From Selaginella moellendorffii (Eukaryota > Plantae > Lycopodiophyta): DNA of 64,000 bases. Under the pieces are notes generated by a model, which did no database searches, was not told where the DNA came from, and was given only the letters and a program-made list of their open reading frames with translations. A program made the position numbers and the translations under genes. How positions within the stretch are numbered: position 1 is the first letter of the stretch; each line of letters opens with the position of its first letter. This document shows, in pieces, positions 61,300 through 64,000 of the stretch. The stretch spans positions 943,231 to 1,007,230 of the forward strand of contig NW_003314320.1 in the NCBI RefSeq assembly GCF_000143415.4, in the 5' to 3' direction.

Positions 61300-63620
61300 G
61301 TGATCAATGAGCACGAGTGGCACAATTTGGGCTCTGAAGAGATATTCTTTTGTGACTGCTGATGACGTAGCGGTCAGAACACCATTGGGTGATTTGATTT
61401 GATAACGAAGATAAAACGAGACAACAAAGGTGTCTTTGATGTTTATTGACTGAGGGACTCACGGTGGAAGAATGTTACTAACAGGCATTTACCTTTGAGT
61501 TTCCCGAAGGGAACAGTCATCTATCTCAAGTTTGTGAAAAGTGCTAGTTCTGACCTTCCTTGATTTGGCTGTTTCGTCTTATGACTTTCATTGTTATCAG
61601 TCATATATTATTATTGCCTTTTTTAACTCTCGATTTACTAACAATCATGTTCCTGCTGCAGTCCCCCTTGCGACATCACATAAGGTTGCAGCTTGCAGGT
61701 AAGCACTCTGCATGTCTGGTAGTGGGTGCAAAAATCTTTCGCAATGAGAAAATTTCTTGCTTACAGTCCCTTCCAACCCAACCCGCTTTTGCAGTTTGAG
61801 TCTGGTAGCCCTTGATCAAAGCTGACATCCTTCAACATTCTTTCACTGCATTCTGAGTGATTCGTTTCTGATACTGTTTCCTTTTACACACTTTAGTCAG
61901 CGCGTTTCCAAATCTGGGCTCAGTAACTGAGGGCTTAGTCGCAAGAAAGGGGCGTTACACGCTGAAGAACTCAGCAATAGAGAAGTTGTTACAACTCGTT
62001 CAGCAGAGAGGTGCCGTCCTGATACAGGCTCCGCCTCATAGCGGAAAGACGTCTTTCCTGCAGTTGGCATTGGAGAGCACAAGACTCGCCAAACTGGGAA
62101 GCTGTTTATTTTATCAATCTTGCTACCGTCAGTGACACAATAAGCTTCGGGGATATTCTCAAGACCTATGGTGAGTGTAGCGTCTGCACTTTGACTTGAA
62201 CTAATTCTTAGTGCTACAGGTGTTAAGGTGATGGATCTCCTTGACCCAGGTGGTCCGAAAAGGCTTCTTATAGTTGACGAAGCCCTTGTTGTTTGAAACA
62301 AATGGCTTATTAAGGGCACTTGAACATAATTCTTTCGTCAGGATGGGGATTTAGAACACATCCGGATTCTAGTAAGCTGGGATAGTTCAAACAGTGAGGT
62401 AAACTTATCTCCTCATGAATTTTATGCTTATAAATTGTTTTTCAGGTGATCATGGTCTTTCTTTGCAATTCAGTGATGAGGAGGCAGTAGACCTATGGTT
62501 AGTATGGATGCGGTACTACAGATTCCAGACCTTGGTGATGAATTACAAGATTGGATTATCTGGTTATAAGCAGCCAGGAATAATGGCGGAAATTTTGGAT
62601 TGGATTGCGGACACTATTGCGACAAAAAGGCCGAGCAAGCTAAGTGAGTACTTCATCCACAAGCCGCAGACGATCAATCTCACTATCATATTTGCCAATT
62701 GTCGGAGCATACAATCGTAAGCTGTGCCGTGTCTTGAAGTTTGCAATACTTTGACAGGTTATACAGGCTATACCACAAACTTGATAGTCCCTCTGGTGTT
62801 TACAATCATCCCTTAATAACGTATGCTTACTTGAGAATCTCCAGGTATGCATTCACTTGGTAGATCTTTATGTGTTGGACATGTCCTTGGAGTTGTAGGT
62901 GTCGCATGATTTGCTTTCACAAGAGATGAAACACGCTGTGGATGGCTGCTTCTGCATGGCCAGCTTATGAAGAATCATTGGGGAAATTGCTGGTTGCCTT
63001 CTAGAGTGCACGAACGTTTTTTCACCAGGCGCATCTTCAAGGGTATACTGCCAAGCGCTATGGGAATCAAGCTGTTCCTTGTCAAAGTTTTGGAGTGCTC
63101 CTCGTCGAAGGCGTTACGAAACAGCTTTTCACGGGGTCGAGCAGATGAGGCGTACGAGCGCCATCTGAAAAATGAGTTCTACAGGTGTGTGACTTGGATC
63201 TCTTTCTTTTGTGACAGCAACTTGTTGCAGGTCAGTATCCTTCTTGCTTGAGCCCGGCATCTGGCCATGTCCCGATGTGGGACCTTGTTCCGGTCTCAAA
63301 GGCTTCGCTGATTACTATTTGGCACAGTTTGGCTAGTACTTTGAACTGATGAGGAAGGGTACACAGATCACAAGACGTTCGCATCTTGAGAGGTAATTAG
63401 ATGCATTTTCTTTTTTGTTTTACTAATACACTTTATGTTCCAGATTCAGTCAGAACGGCCAGTATTGCCCCTGTTTTCTGCTGGACCTCTCAAGGCTTAT
63501 GTCGTGATTGATATTTCGAATGAGTTTGAATTTTTGGATAACAAGCCGATGATCATGAAGATGGAACCCATCTGGAAGCACTACACTTTCTCGGTGTTCT
63601 GGATCGATCGTCTTTCTTAG
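61300..63620 (+). pseudogene. Decayed Crinkler/RHS-type P-loop NTPase + restriction-endonuclease-fold gene with short introns
   Basis: Walker A VLIQAPPHSGKTS (62028-62054), Walker B RLLIVDEA (62261-62284), LPSRVH, AYERHLKNEFYR, PDVG..KGFADYYL..G*YFELMRKG (63271-63360); several stops and frameshifts; 5' boundary uncertain. Confidence 0.72.
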
Positions 63621-64000
63621 TCCGCTTGGTGTTCTTGGAGGTGGGGTCGACTTTTTTTTTATTTGAGAGATTGCACAATCTTTGAGGGTGGAGCTTGGTG
63701 TTCCGATCACGCATCTTGTGCCAAGCGCGCGCGAACCTCGCTCGGCTCCTCCAGTCTCATGGATAGACAGTCGCTGTTTTTCGGGATTCTCAGCAATTCG
63801 GCTCAAGAATTTCCCGCGTTGTGGATTGGACTTTTACAATTGGAACTTAGTGAAGGTCAAGTACTTAGAGAAGATATGCGGTCTCGGATCTTTTGAGCAA
63901 GGATATGATCAACGCTGAGATGGTTTGTCCGGTTTTTTCTTCGTTTTCGATTCCAATGCACGAGCTCTAAGGAGCTTATCCATCTCATTCCATCCTGCCT

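Noticed and set aside
63663-63918. Short ORFs after the Crinkler-like remnant
   Set aside because: No recognisable motifs; at the window edge and cannot be assigned.

Overview
Compact, intron-rich plant nuclear DNA. Most introns are 50-70 bp, intergenic gaps are tiny, and there are lycophyte-style PLS PPR genes; Selaginella moellendorffii is my inference. Gene-dense left arm: UGT 3' half, E2F (with a U12-type intron), kinesin-8, FBL4-like F-box/LRR, IAH1/CPRD49-like SGNH esterase, a 4.5-kb tract of gene fragments, SCL32-like GRAS, EMB1611/MEE22-like, F-box/PP2, a PLS PPR and an intronless arogenate dehydratase. Centre (about 29.5-51.4 kb): AT-rich TE island with an assembly gap, a decayed PIF/Harbinger element, and a minus-strand chromovirus whose LTRs lack a shared TSD. 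Inside the chromovirus lies a 5'-truncated, opposite-strand Athila-like Gypsy element whose pol frame continues about 800 codons past integrase into PMD/env-like and coiled-coil segments. Right arm: an inverted UGT paralog, an At2g16250-like LRR pseudokinase, STT3A, and a decayed Crinkler-type P-loop NTPase + restriction-endonuclease-fold gene. All calls come from manual reading and recalled family motifs; no searches were run.
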